From an uncultured Bacillales bacterium (lineage in GTDB: Bacteria; Bacillota_I; Bacilli_A; RFN20; CAG-826): 64,000 nt of DNA. The stretch covers positions 318,824 through 382,823 of the forward strand of contig CAMJWS010000001.1 in the NCBI GenBank assembly GCA_946409515.1. Direction: 5' to 3'. The position numbers and the translations under genes are program-made. This document shows, one piece after another, positions 39,649 to 49,337 of the stretch (within the stretch, counting starts at the first letter, position 1; every line of letters begins with the position of its first letter). The notes under the pieces are model-generated. The model was not told the origin of the DNA. It was given only the letters and a program-made list of their open reading frames with translations, and made no database searches.

Positions 39649-40803
39649 TTAGATACCTATATCAATGTCATCATATTTATCTAGTAAGGCAATTAATCTT
39701 TCCTTACAACCATTTAATCTCTTTTGATTATCCTTTTGGTTAGTTAATGTCCACCACACCATATGAGCGTAGCAAACTAAAGCAATCTTATCTTTAATAA
39801 TCTCATCTTCTTTACCGAAGTATAAACGGATAATATCATCATAAAGCTTGACACAGTACTCCCCTTTTAAGCCAAAGAACTGTTCACTATTACCTGGAGC
39901 ATCTTCTTCAAAAGCGACATATGGGCAGCGGAGATTTGCGAGTTCAAAGATTGGATGACCCACTGATAAGGTATCCATATCAATTAATAAGAAGTCTTCA
40001 CCTTGGACCATGATGTTTTTAAAGTGGCAGTCCCCATGGACAAAGGTACTTCTTTCAGGAACACTCTTCATAAGTGCTAAAGCTTTTTCATAATGAGCTT
40101 CATCTAAAAGAGGTTTAATGGTTTCCACTTTTTCGATAAAGAATTTCTTAATAGAAGGAACTGATGGATCAAAACATTTAGTACTATTAATCTTCTTTAA
40201 TAATTCGACATATTTATTTAATAATTCTTCATATTTTTCTGGATATTTACTAAAGGCATTCTTTAAAGACATACAGTCAAGCATTTCAAAACGGACACCT
40301 AGTTTATCCTTAACTTTAACGATATCAAAAGATATCGCAGTAGGAATACCTAAGACGAATGCTTGTTTAGCGAGTTTTAATTCTCTTTCAATTTGTTTTT
40401 CATCACTAGTTCTATTAAAGACCTTAATGATGGTGTCTTTATCGATACGATAAACTGTGGAGAAGAAACCTTCACCAATAACTTCCGCACCATCGACAGA
40501 CATTTCTCTAACGGCTTTTTTAACATCCATGATGTTGGTAAAACCAGTCATTTGTAAAACATCATAAACATCCAAACTAGCGTTTATAACATGTGAGTCA
40601 TTAAATCTCTGTTTAATCTTTAAGATAATACGAAGACCCGCACTAGAGATGTATTGAAGTTTAGCGAAGTCTAAATTGAGTGTTTGAAATTTATTTGAGG
40701 AAAGAACTTCATCAATTTCTTTTTCTATATACTCAGAATTATAAGAGTTAAGTTCTCCTTCGAAAAATAAAGTGAGTAAATTATCAATTAATTCAAAACG
40801 CAT
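39649..40803 (-). CDS. STAS (anti-sigma-factor antagonist-like) domain fused to an APH/protein-kinase-like phosphotransferase domain
   Basis: N-terminal STAS with a SpoIIAA-like phospho-Ser motif (YISSAGLRIIL). The C-terminal domain has a Gly-rich loop (IGEGFFSTVYR), beta3 Lys (IIKVF), a catalytic HGDCHFKNIM and IDMDT (Brenner/APH motifs). Confidence 0.7.
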   Translation of the reverse strand: MRFELIDNLLTLFFEGELNSYNSEYIEKEIDEVLSSNKFQTLNLDFAKLQYISSAGLRIILKIKQRFNDSHVINASLDVYDVLQMTGFTNIMDVKKAVREMSVDGAEVIGEGFFSTVYRIDKDTIIKVFNRTSDEKQIERELKLAKQAFVLGIPTAISFDIVKVKDKLGVRFEMLDCMSLKNAFSKYPEKYEELLNKYVELLKKINSTKCFDPSVPSIKKFFIEKVETIKPLLDEAHYEKALALMKSVPERSTFVHGDCHFKNIMVQGEDFLLIDMDTLSVGHPIFELANLRCPYVAFEEDAPGNSEQFFGLKGEYCVKLYDDIIRLYFGKEDEIIKDKIALVCYAHMVWWTLTNQKDNQKRLNGCKERLIALLDKYDDIDIGI

Positions 40804-40873
40804 ATACCGTCTCCCTTATATATGTATGCCTTTACATACATTATAACGAATTATACGTATACGCGCTAATTAT

Positions 40874-41836
40874 TTATATTTGTCCTTCGCTGCTTGAAGA
40901 TGGATTTGAACTACTATTACCAAATGGATTCTTAGGAGCGCTTAGTTCATAGGCTAAATTCATCACTGTATTCAATGAATCTTCATCGATGAGCTTTTCA
41001 AAAGATGTAGAGTAATTTCTACCATATTTATCTTGTGTTGAGTAATAAGCTTTTACTAATCTATCTTCTCTGAACACATCAATTGTCCAACCTGAGCCTC
41101 TGATATAAAGACGTGTCTCTGAACCATGTCTATAAAAGCCAACAGGTAAATTCTCAAACGTCGCGCTCTTTAAAGCGGTGCAAATAGAACCATCGTCTTT
41201 GAATGTGAAGTCATAATATCTTGCAGGTGTTTCATCAGTGACAAAGACGAATTCTAAATCGACATTTTCATCTTCACTCATTTTATTGATGACAGAGAAC
41301 AAGGTCATTTCATTAATCATGTCGTTATATTCACGCTCAATGTTGTCGCGTTCTTCTTGTTCTCTTCTTTCTTCTTCTCTAATGGCTTGATATTCATTAT
41401 CAATCATTTTGAAAACTGATTTTGCTATCTCTTCATCGAATTGATAATAAAAGGTAAGATCCTTTCCTTGATTTCGATCGTATCTACTTGTTGTGGCATA
41501 TCCATTCTCATAAAAAGCAATTTCATGGTATCCATATCCTAGGAACATAGTGTATCTAAAGTGCAAGGTAAAAGTTGTATCGCTTAATTCTGGTGTGCCT
41601 TTCATATATAAGTATTCGGCATCATCAACCTTAGATATTACCTTATTAACGATGTCACCATTAAATCTGTAAGTATTATATGTTATATAATTTCCACCAA
41701 TGTTAGTCTTAGCGAGATATTTACTTGGGTTTTGCTCAGCAGTATAGTCTCTATCGCTTTTAAAAAGCCAGGAACAGGATGCTGTAGAGATAACGATAAG
41801 GGAAATAGGTAACATTAGTAACGCTTTTTTGCTCAT
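40874..41836 (-). CDS. Lipoprotein, function unknown
   Basis: Signal peptide with lipobox ISTASC; acidic ERREQEER repeat segment. Confidence 0.5.
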   Translation of the reverse strand: MSKKALLMLPISLIVISTASCSWLFKSDRDYTAEQNPSKYLAKTNIGGNYITYNTYRFNGDIVNKVISKVDDAEYLYMKGTPELSDTTFTLHFRYTMFLGYGYHEIAFYENGYATTSRYDRNQGKDLTFYYQFDEEIAKSVFKMIDNEYQAIREEERREQEERDNIEREYNDMINEMTLFSVINKMSEDENVDLEFVFVTDETPARYYDFTFKDDGSICTALKSATFENLPVGFYRHGSETRLYIRGSGWTIDVFREDRLVKAYYSTQDKYGRNYSTSFEKLIDEDSLNTVMNLAYELSAPKNPFGNSSSNPSSSSEGQI

Positions 41837-41904
41837 AGTGGTTTACCACCTTTCACTTATTAGACGTTAATAAATATAGAAAACTGCTAAACAAATATCA
41901 ATCT

Positions 41905-42255
41905 TTATGAATGATATTGCTTCAGCAACTCTTTTTTAGCGGTTTCTAAGTCAATCTTACCAATAGTGTATAAATGAATAATCTTCTTTGCTTGAGAAGA
42001 TGGCTCCATGCCATCGGTAGAGTTAATAATGTACGCTAAGGTTTCAATTTCTGTAGGTTCTTTTTCTTCATCATTCAATTCAAAAGGAATGCCTTTTTTC
42101 AAAGCGACTTGTCGTAAGAATAAATCAATAGCCTGACTCATAGATATGCCAATTGTATTAAGTATCCTTTCTGCTTCCTTTTTAATGTCGGATTGTATCC
42201 TTGCGTGCACTACCTCATTCTTCATATTCCATATCCTCACTAAAAATTGCATCAC
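41905..42255 (-). CDS. Ribbon-helix-helix protein, RelB/DinJ antitoxin-like, with C-terminal extension; no adjacent toxin gene
   Basis: VHARIQSDIKKEAERILNTIGISMSQAIDLFLRQVALKKGIPFEL aligns with the DinJ N-terminal RHH. The true start is probably an internal Met (MKNEVV, about 42225). Confidence 0.55.
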   Translation of the reverse strand: MMQFLVRIWNMKNEVVHARIQSDIKKEAERILNTIGISMSQAIDLFLRQVALKKGIPFELNDEEKEPTEIETLAYIINSTDGMEPSSQAKKIIHLYTIGKIDLETAKKELLKQYHS

Positions 42256-42308
42256 GAACGTGACACATTATCAAAGTATTATTAGCACTATTATCTTGAG
42301 ATAATTAC

Positions 42309-43433
42309 TTAAAACTTCTTTAGTAATTCTCTAATATGTTCAAGGCACTTTTTCTTATCTTCTTCAGGCATATTGCGTTTCTTAAGATAATGTAAAGCGC
42401 GTACACAGCCAATTAATCTAGCTTTATCAATCGCGAGTTGATATTGTTTATCATTTAAATCACTATAGTATTTTCTAGAGATTGTTTTCCATAAATAATT
42501 CGCGGTCTCTAGGGAGATACCTAAAAAGTCTTCAATCGCTGCGCGTCTAATTTCACCAAATTCGAAATATGAGTTACAGACACTAGCGATTTCAAATATT
42601 GGATTACCAGTACATAAGGTATCCATATCAATAAGCATTAGGTCATTACCAACTAGAAGTTGGTTCTTAAGATGAAAATCACCATGAATAAGAGTCTTAG
42701 TTTCTGGTATATCTTCAATAAGTTTTTTAAGTTTTAGATATTCTTGGTCGCTTAAGAAGATTCTAATGTTATTCACATATTTAAGATGACTCTTCTTCAT
42801 ATCTGGTAATGAAGGATCATCACAAACTGTTGTGTGCATCTTCTTTAAGACAGCCACTGCTTTATCAGCAAAGTCATCAAGATTCTTTTGACTTTGTTTA
42901 ACGTAGTTGACACATGATTCAGCATTTAATAATTCAAAGACTGTACCATATTGGTCGCCCACTTTAACTGTATCAAGCGCTATCGCGGTAGGTAAACCTA
43001 GTACAAATGCCTTTTTAGATAGTTCTCTTTCTCGATTAATATCTTCTAATGAGGAACCTAGTTCATAGACCTTAACAATGGTATCTGGGGCAGTAGAATA
43101 TACGGTACCGTGTGCGCCCTTTCCGATAATTTTGCAGCCATCTACTGACACTTGACGTAAGGCTTTTTCAACAGTGACGATATTAGTGAAACCTGTCATT
43201 TCAAAGATGTCATAAACAGAGATAGAAGTATTAATAACACAGACTTTATCAAATCTCTTTTTAAGGCCTAAAACAACACGAAGACCCGCACTAGAAATGT
43301 ATTTCATTCCCTGTGCATCAAGCACTATTTCGTCATAACTATGACCTTCTATTTGCTTAAGAATATCTGCTTCAACTTCAGCAAAATTATCAAATGATAA
43401 AGAAGATGGTAATTGATAAGTAAAGATAACCAT
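42309..43433 (-). CDS. STAS domain + APH/protein-kinase-like domain fusion (paralog of 39649-40803)
   Basis: YISSAGLRVVL STAS motif; IGKGAHGTVYS Gly-loop; HGDFHLKNQLL catalytic loop; IDMDT. Confidence 0.7.
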   Translation of the reverse strand: MVIFTYQLPSSLSFDNFAEVEADILKQIEGHSYDEIVLDAQGMKYISSAGLRVVLGLKKRFDKVCVINTSISVYDIFEMTGFTNIVTVEKALRQVSVDGCKIIGKGAHGTVYSTAPDTIVKVYELGSSLEDINRERELSKKAFVLGLPTAIALDTVKVGDQYGTVFELLNAESCVNYVKQSQKNLDDFADKAVAVLKKMHTTVCDDPSLPDMKKSHLKYVNNIRIFLSDQEYLKLKKLIEDIPETKTLIHGDFHLKNQLLVGNDLMLIDMDTLCTGNPIFEIASVCNSYFEFGEIRRAAIEDFLGISLETANYLWKTISRKYYSDLNDKQYQLAIDKARLIGCVRALHYLKKRNMPEEDKKKCLEHIRELLKKF

Positions 43434-43561
43434 GTATTAGTGTCCCCCTCTAATAAATAGCTAGTTTAACTAGACTTATTATTTATAAAAAGTTTTCTTA
43501 AAGATATTATACAAAAACATGTCAGTTATTTAAAAACAAAGCACTTTTAAAACGTTGTATT

Positions 43562-44464
43562 TTATTTAAGTGGCTTGTATTTTATTTGCAAAGTATCAAA
43601 ATCGTCAAATTGTTCATATAACATAATATTTTTCTCTGCGGCTATGCTTCTCAGCTTTTCTAATTGCTTTGAGGATACGTTTTTTCCAACATATATTCGT
43701 TTAATTTTTGGTACCTTAATTTTATCTTTCGGCTTGCCAATTATTCTCCATTCTTTCTGAAATGACCATTCTTTGTATTTTGTTAAAAAGACTTGCATGA
43801 ATTTTAAGGTGTTATTAAATTCCTTTATTTTTCCACCAGATAATTGAAATACAAAAGTATCCAGTTGCGAGCCTATAACATCCATAATCAAATTATTATT
43901 TTTCTTAGAGCGATATAGAACTGGATATGTATTCGATAGCGCAAAACCATCATCAGAAAAATCATATTCTATACAAACACCAGAATAGTGCTTCGCGTAC
44001 ATTTCCCACATAACTTGGTTTTTATCACATTCAGTTAGTGAGCCGATACCAATTTCTTTATAAGCGTTATATGCTATTTTGAAAAGGCTCAATGCGGCTT
44101 TTTCGTTTTCTTTTGAAAGATTTGAATCAGAAACCACATCAGCAGCTAATTGTTGCAATTGTTGAGCATTTTTTCTTTCAAAAGAATTACCATATTTTTT
44201 GAAAAACTTCTCTATTTCTTTAGAATTCATATCAATAACGCAAGCTCTTATTAAACGCTTGTATTGTTCTTTACTGATATCACTGGGATAGCGAGACAAT
44301 CTATCCGTTAAATTATTAATAAAAGAATCACTGCTAAAATCCATACTTTTAATATCATCTGTCAAAGTATCGATAATTCTACACTCAAATTGATCATCCA
44401 ATTTAAAAGCAGGACACATGTAGATGTAATTCTTACTAATTGAATCAAGAGTATATCTATTCAA
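43562..44464 (-). CDS. DUF2971-like protein
   Basis: MWEMYAKHYSGVCIEYDF and FQKEWRIIGK resemble the conserved DUF2971 motifs (MWxxYA..GvCi, EKEWR). Confidence 0.4.
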   Translation of the reverse strand: MNRYTLDSISKNYIYMCPAFKLDDQFECRIIDTLTDDIKSMDFSSDSFINNLTDRLSRYPSDISKEQYKRLIRACVIDMNSKEIEKFFKKYGNSFERKNAQQLQQLAADVVSDSNLSKENEKAALSLFKIAYNAYKEIGIGSLTECDKNQVMWEMYAKHYSGVCIEYDFSDDGFALSNTYPVLYRSKKNNNLIMDVIGSQLDTFVFQLSGGKIKEFNNTLKFMQVFLTKYKEWSFQKEWRIIGKPKDKIKVPKIKRIYVGKNVSSKQLEKLRSIAAEKNIMLYEQFDDFDTLQIKYKPLK

Positions 44465-44629
44465 TTTGGCATATCTATATAGTTTTTTGGAAACAAATTA
44501 AAGTGGTTAGTAACATCATCAAGCCACTTTTCATTATAGTTCCCAATGTTTTGTTCCATCTGAAATTTGATTGATTCCAATATGTATTTTTCTTTTTGCT
44601 TGTCGTTCATTTGTAAGGGGTTATTACAT

Positions 44630-45022
44630 TTACTTTTCTTTACGGAAATAGGCTCTATCATGAGCAATTTGTCTTAAACACTTTTCACCGTGGATGAAGC
44701 ATTGTTCATCAGTCGGTCTTGAAAATGAAGAGATGATAAGGAAAACTCCCAAAAGAGTGTCAAGAGAAGCACCAACAATATAAATAATCATTCGTGCATC
44801 ACCGTAGTAAAGACTAGCGTATTCTCTACCTATTTCGTTTAAAGTGATTTCACCAAAAACAATGATAATGATAAACACTAAAACAGCACTTGCAATCGCC
44901 CCTATTCCAATACCTCTTTTAATCCAATAGAGTTTTGGATAATGGCTTCGACCATATTCAATGACTTGTTGTCTGGTATATTCTTTGTCACCATATTGAT
45001 ATGTACTTGCCATAATAGTCAC
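44630..45022 (-). CDS. Small membrane protein
   Basis: 130 aa with two TM segments. Confidence 0.35.
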   Translation of the reverse strand: MTIMASTYQYGDKEYTRQQVIEYGRSHYPKLYWIKRGIGIGAIASAVLVFIIIIVFGEITLNEIGREYASLYYGDARMIIYIVGASLDTLLGVFLIISSFSRPTDEQCFIHGEKCLRQIAHDRAYFRKEK

Positions 45023-45144
45023 TCCTTATCGATGTTTTTTTCAATTTTGATTATAAAGTAAATAATATAAAAAATAAAATAAAAGCCAGTTATGCTTTTA
45101 GTTTTGATAAACTATATGTAGCAAGTATTGCTAGGGAGACCAAT

Positions 45145-45648
45145 ATGGATATCAAAAAAGGTAATCAAGATTTTTTAAATATCTTAGATAACAATAAGGA
45201 ATTAAAAGAAAGAAGAGATGAGTTAGTAAAGGGACAACACCCTGATACTTTAGTCATCACTTGTTCTGATTCTAGAGTTGTCCCTGAATATATATTCAAT
45301 GCCTCATTAGGGGAGTTATTTGTTATTAGAACCGCAGGCAATGTCATTAATGAAGGCGAATTAGCCACAGTGGAATACGCGATTGAACACTTAAAGGTCA
45401 AACGTATTATTGTTTTAGGTCACACCCACTGTGGAGCGGTTCACGCGGCTATTAATGATGAAAAAGGTAAATATTTAGATCCAATATTAAGAAGAATTAA
45501 GACTAATATCAGTATCATCACCAATGAAACAATGGCGGCTAAAATGAACTCCATTGGGGAAGCTGAATATTTAAGAAGTAAGTTCCCTGATTATAAAGGC
45601 ACTATTGAATCAATGATGTATGATATTGAAACATCTAATGTGTTTTAA
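45145..45648 (+). CDS. Beta-class carbonic anhydrase
   Basis: ITCSDSRV...GHTHCGAV zinc-ligand motifs (C-D-R ... H-x-x-C). Confidence 0.85.
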   Translation: MDIKKGNQDFLNILDNNKELKERRDELVKGQHPDTLVITCSDSRVVPEYIFNASLGELFVIRTAGNVINEGELATVEYAIEHLKVKRIIVLGHTHCGAVHAAINDEKGKYLDPILRRIKTNISIITNETMAAKMNSIGEAEYLRSKFPDYKGTIESMMYDIETSNVF

Positions 45649-45665
45649 GAATTATAATTAAATAA

Positions 45666-46298
45666 ATGGAAGACTCTAAAAAATATCAAAAAGCATTTTT
45701 GTTGTTCACTATCGCACAGTTCTTTATGATGCTGGGCTTATTTGAATATGGTACTTCCATTAAAGCTATATCAGACATCATGGGTTTATTTGTGTTATTC
45801 GAACTAACTGCAAATATCATGATGATTGCCGCAGTCACAAAGTTACATGATTTTAATAAGAATTTCTTCTATTCTTTTGTCACTTCCATTATCTGTCTAT
45901 TTACTAGTTTATTAGCCACCATAGGCGGTGAATCCACGGAAGACTTCACTGTTTCATGGGCCCGTGGCATTGATATTTCATCTAACATCTTATTATGCGT
46001 TTCTTATGCTTATTTCTTCTTAGGCTGTAAAGATTGCTTTAATGAAACAGGCATGGAAAGAAATGCAAAAAAATGTCGATTTGGTTTCTTCTATGTTATC
46101 GGTATGACTATCCTTATTAACTTAATGGCGTTTATCGGTAGTTTTAATGGTGTCAAAACAAACTATATTGCCGCTTCGATATTTAGATATGGCGCTTTAG
46201 CGGTCAAATTAGCAATGTATCTATTTATGTTCATTATCCTAGTAATAATGATGCGCAATATGAAAAATAAGCAAAAGGAGGAAGAAGCTCATGAATAA
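45666..46298 (+). CDS. Hypothetical membrane protein
   Basis: 210 aa; 6 hydrophobic segments. Confidence 0.4.
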   Translation: MEDSKKYQKAFLLFTIAQFFMMLGLFEYGTSIKAISDIMGLFVLFELTANIMMIAAVTKLHDFNKNFFYSFVTSIICLFTSLLATIGGESTEDFTVSWARGIDISSNILLCVSYAYFFLGCKDCFNETGMERNAKKCRFGFFYVIGMTILINLMAFIGSFNGVKTNYIAASIFRYGALAVKLAMYLFMFIILVIMMRNMKNKQKEEEAHE

Positions 46299-47280
46299 GT
46301 TTTTCTCCTTCTTTAAGAAATATCCTGTCATCCTAACCTTAGCGTTAGTTATCCCTCCAACAATTTCTGTCTGCCAATATCTCTTTGTGTGGGAAGGGGC
46401 TTTCCATAATGAATACTATCAAGGTGAAGAATTAAAAGTGGATGATAGTAAGTTTGAAATAACCGCGATCAAGCATATTGGCAAAGTATCACAAAGTTCC
46501 TCTAACTTTTCCTATCAAGGAGCGGCCTGTTATAAAGATAAATATGTTGTTTGTTTAGATGGATTAGAAGCCATTCAAATCTATGATTCTAACAATATGA
46601 AATTACTCCATCATATAAATGGCACATTTAATAAAGAATGGCACTGCAACCAAGCTTTCTTTGGTGATCAATACTATAAGTTAACGGATGAATATCCACT
46701 TCTATATGTTTCTATGGAGCATAAGAATGTTCATTCCACGATTGCGTTTAGGATATACACTAAAGGTGGTGTCTATCATTTAGAAGAAATACAAACAATT
46801 AAATTAGTCTTTGACTATGAAGAAGATACAATCTATTATCCAAACTCATATTATGACTTTGATGATGGTCTTATCTATTATGGTGGCTATACTGAAAACT
46901 CTTATATGAGAAGCGAGACTAATAAGTTAAAGTATTATTCTTTCCCAATGCCAAGTTATAGAGAAGAATACTATGAAGTACACACTGATAATCCGATTGA
47001 TACTTTTACTCTTCCTAGTGAAACCGCGACACAGGGTGGCTTTATTTCCCACCATCACTTATATCAAACATTCTCATTTGGTTCTAAAACGGATCCATTA
47101 AGAGCCCCTGTTATGAGGGTTGTGGATTTAAGAAACAAAACCATTATTAAAGAATATAAAAACTTAGGTGAACAATTTGGGGTTTATACAGAATTTGAAC
47201 ACCTGGCCCTTAACGATAAGGGAAGAATTATCTCATTAGGTAATCCTTTTGATATTTACGAATTTGAGTACAAAGGCTAA
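46291..47280 (+). CDS. Hypothetical protein with N-terminal signal/anchor
   Basis: 329 aa; translationally coupled to the upstream gene by an 8-nt overlap. Confidence 0.4.
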   Translation: MNKFFSFFKKYPVILTLALVIPPTISVCQYLFVWEGAFHNEYYQGEELKVDDSKFEITAIKHIGKVSQSSSNFSYQGAACYKDKYVVCLDGLEAIQIYDSNNMKLLHHINGTFNKEWHCNQAFFGDQYYKLTDEYPLLYVSMEHKNVHSTIAFRIYTKGGVYHLEEIQTIKLVFDYEEDTIYYPNSYYDFDDGLIYYGGYTENSYMRSETNKLKYYSFPMPSYREEYYEVHTDNPIDTFTLPSETATQGGFISHHHLYQTFSFGSKTDPLRAPVMRVVDLRNKTIIKEYKNLGEQFGVYTEFEHLALNDKGRIISLGNPFDIYEFEYKG

Positions 47281-47511
47281 TTAGTCTTCATCCATATCAT
47301 CGATGAACATCGTTTCATCTTCCATTGGATCATCACTATAACCATATTTAGAAGATGATTTACTTTTAGATATATATCGATAGTTACCTCTAAGTTTGTT
47401 ATAGAACGCAACTGGCTTAATCATAAAGAAGCCCACGATTAGAAATAACAACGCAAACCAAAACATGGAATAAAGCACTGTTAAGAAAATTGCTAGACCA
47501 TTGTTTTTCAT
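47281..47511 (-). CDS. Small membrane protein with acidic C-terminus
   Basis: 76-aa ORF, one TM; 4-nt overlap with the macro-domain gene. Confidence 0.3.
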   Translation of the reverse strand: MKNNGLAIFLTVLYSMFWFALLFLIVGFFMIKPVAFYNKLRGNYRYISKSKSSSKYGYSDDPMEDETMFIDDMDED

Positions 47512-48011
47512 ATTTTAAAAGCTTCTTCAAATACCCTGAGGTTATTGATATCAGGATAGATGCATAAGTAGATGTTCTTTAATGTTTTAGGTTTGTAATC
47601 ATGTAAGGCTTGACAACAAATCTTTACTGCTTCTTTGATTGGATAACCAAATGCCCCTGTTGAAATAGAAGGAAAAGCGATTGATTCTAAGCCTAATTCA
47701 TCCGCAAGTTTTAAGCAGTTGATATAGCAGTTGTACAAGGTAAGTGAAGGATTAGGATCGCTATAATATCTAGGACCAACTGTATGGATGATGTATTTAT
47801 TATCTAAGCTATACGCTTTAGTGGCTTTCGCTTCTCCTGGTTTACAACCATTAAGAGTGCGACATTCTTCTAAAAGAAGTGGACCCGCTGCTCTATGGAT
47901 TGCACCATCAACACCACCGCCACCTGATAGCGTTTCGTTCGCAGCATTAACAATCGCATCCGCGATGCGTCCTATTTTAGTAATATCTTGATAAATAACT
48001 CTTATGTTCAT
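47508..48011 (-). CDS. Macro-domain protein (O-acetyl-ADP-ribose deacetylase, YmdB-like)
   Basis: IVNAANETLSGGGGVDGAIHRAAG and AFPSISTGAFGYP macro-domain motifs. Confidence 0.85.
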   Translation of the reverse strand: MNIRVIYQDITKIGRIADAIVNAANETLSGGGGVDGAIHRAAGPLLLEECRTLNGCKPGEAKATKAYSLDNKYIIHTVGPRYYSDPNPSLTLYNCYINCLKLADELGLESIAFPSISTGAFGYPIKEAVKICCQALHDYKPKTLKNIYLCIYPDINNLRVFEEAFKI

Positions 48012-48020
48012 GATTATAGT

Positions 48021-48530
48021 TTAGAAGCAATAACCATTCACTGCAAACAAGGAAAGGATAAAACAGCCTAATGTGGTGAAAAGATTAATGCTGATAATAA
48101 ATGCTACTAAAGAAAATGAATTAATGTGTTTATACTTATTACTTCTATAGTAAGAATAATATCCTTCAGCGGTCCTACTTTCTAAATCTATATTTGCTTT
48201 TTGTTTGTGCCAAAATAATGCATACCACCCAACTCCAAAAGCAATGCCAAAAATGAATAATCCACCTAAAATGAAGAAGGACGGTATATAAATAGCGTTA
48301 TTAAACTCCTTAATAATTGGTAAGGTACTAAAGAATGTAATGAATGTATAAAACGCTGTTGGTATAAATAGATAAACAACTAATAATAAAGCCTGATTAA
48401 TATATTTGAAATCTGGTTTTTTAAATGGCTGTTTAAATCTTATAAACACCACCAAAGCAGTCTCGATCAAAAGCAATATCATCGAGAAAGACGCATAAGA
48501 TAAATCGTTGGATACTGAAGTTAACACCAT
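48021..48530 (-). CDS. Hypothetical membrane protein
   Basis: 169 aa; 4 TM. Confidence 0.35.
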   Translation of the reverse strand: MVLTSVSNDLSYASFSMILLLIETALVVFIRFKQPFKKPDFKYINQALLLVVYLFIPTAFYTFITFFSTLPIIKEFNNAIYIPSFFILGGLFIFGIAFGVGWYALFWHKQKANIDLESRTAEGYYSYYRSNKYKHINSFSLVAFIISINLFTTLGCFILSLFAVNGYCF

Positions 48531-48543
48531 GTTTAAATTCTAA

Positions 48544-49230
48544 TTAAATTACTCCACATGGAATAAGTATAACAAGAAGAAGGGCCACTAGTCCCCATTC
48601 TGCAATTAAGAATATATTACGTGTCTTTGGTTTCATATCTGGAACATAGTTACTAGCAAGGAAGAATGGAATGTATGTAGTAATAAATACTGGAATAACG
48701 CCCCACCATGGATAGACCCAGATAAATGAGTTATTAGATGTGCCCGCTAAGAAGGATTCAAATAAGGCAAATAATAAGGCCATTTCAATAGCAACCATTA
48801 ATTTACAACTAATGCCTTTAAACTTACCTCTAGCAAAATATCTCTTAGTTCTATCTTGAGGCATCATCTTAAAGGAAATAATACCCGCTAAAGAGAACAT
48901 CATGGATAATTCCCAAGAAACACCAATTAAAAGAATAAATGTTGTGGACTGATTAGATACCGCCCATAAAGGATAACCACTGGCTTTAGCGATTATTGCA
49001 TTAGCGATTTCATATAACCAGTGCACACCATATAAGGCTAAGCCTGCTTGTACAGCCGCATAGTTCTTCTTATGGATTTCACTCCAATAGACATAGAAAA
49101 CTACGGCTAAGATGAAAATAAACGTCCAATTAAAGTTATTTGTGTCGCGCACTAAAATGGCATCAACAAGATCCTTGGCGCCTTGTGAGCCATCGCCCCA
49201 AAATTTGAAATTCATATGTATATACCTCAA
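48544..49230 (-). CDS. Hypothetical integral membrane protein
   Basis: 228 aa; 6 TM. Confidence 0.4.
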   Translation of the reverse strand: MRYIHMNFKFWGDGSQGAKDLVDAILVRDTNNFNWTFIFILAVVFYVYWSEIHKKNYAAVQAGLALYGVHWLYEIANAIIAKASGYPLWAVSNQSTTFILLIGVSWELSMMFSLAGIISFKMMPQDRTKRYFARGKFKGISCKLMVAIEMALLFALFESFLAGTSNNSFIWVYPWWGVIPVFITTYIPFFLASNYVPDMKPKTRNIFLIAEWGLVALLLVILIPCGVI

Positions 49231-49337
49231 TTTGATTATATACCAAAAAGTATTAGAAAATATCTCACTTTATTGTGGTTTTTAAATTTTTTCGAACGTT
49301 TTAGGCAATTAAATTGTATTATTAGTGAAGGGTAACC

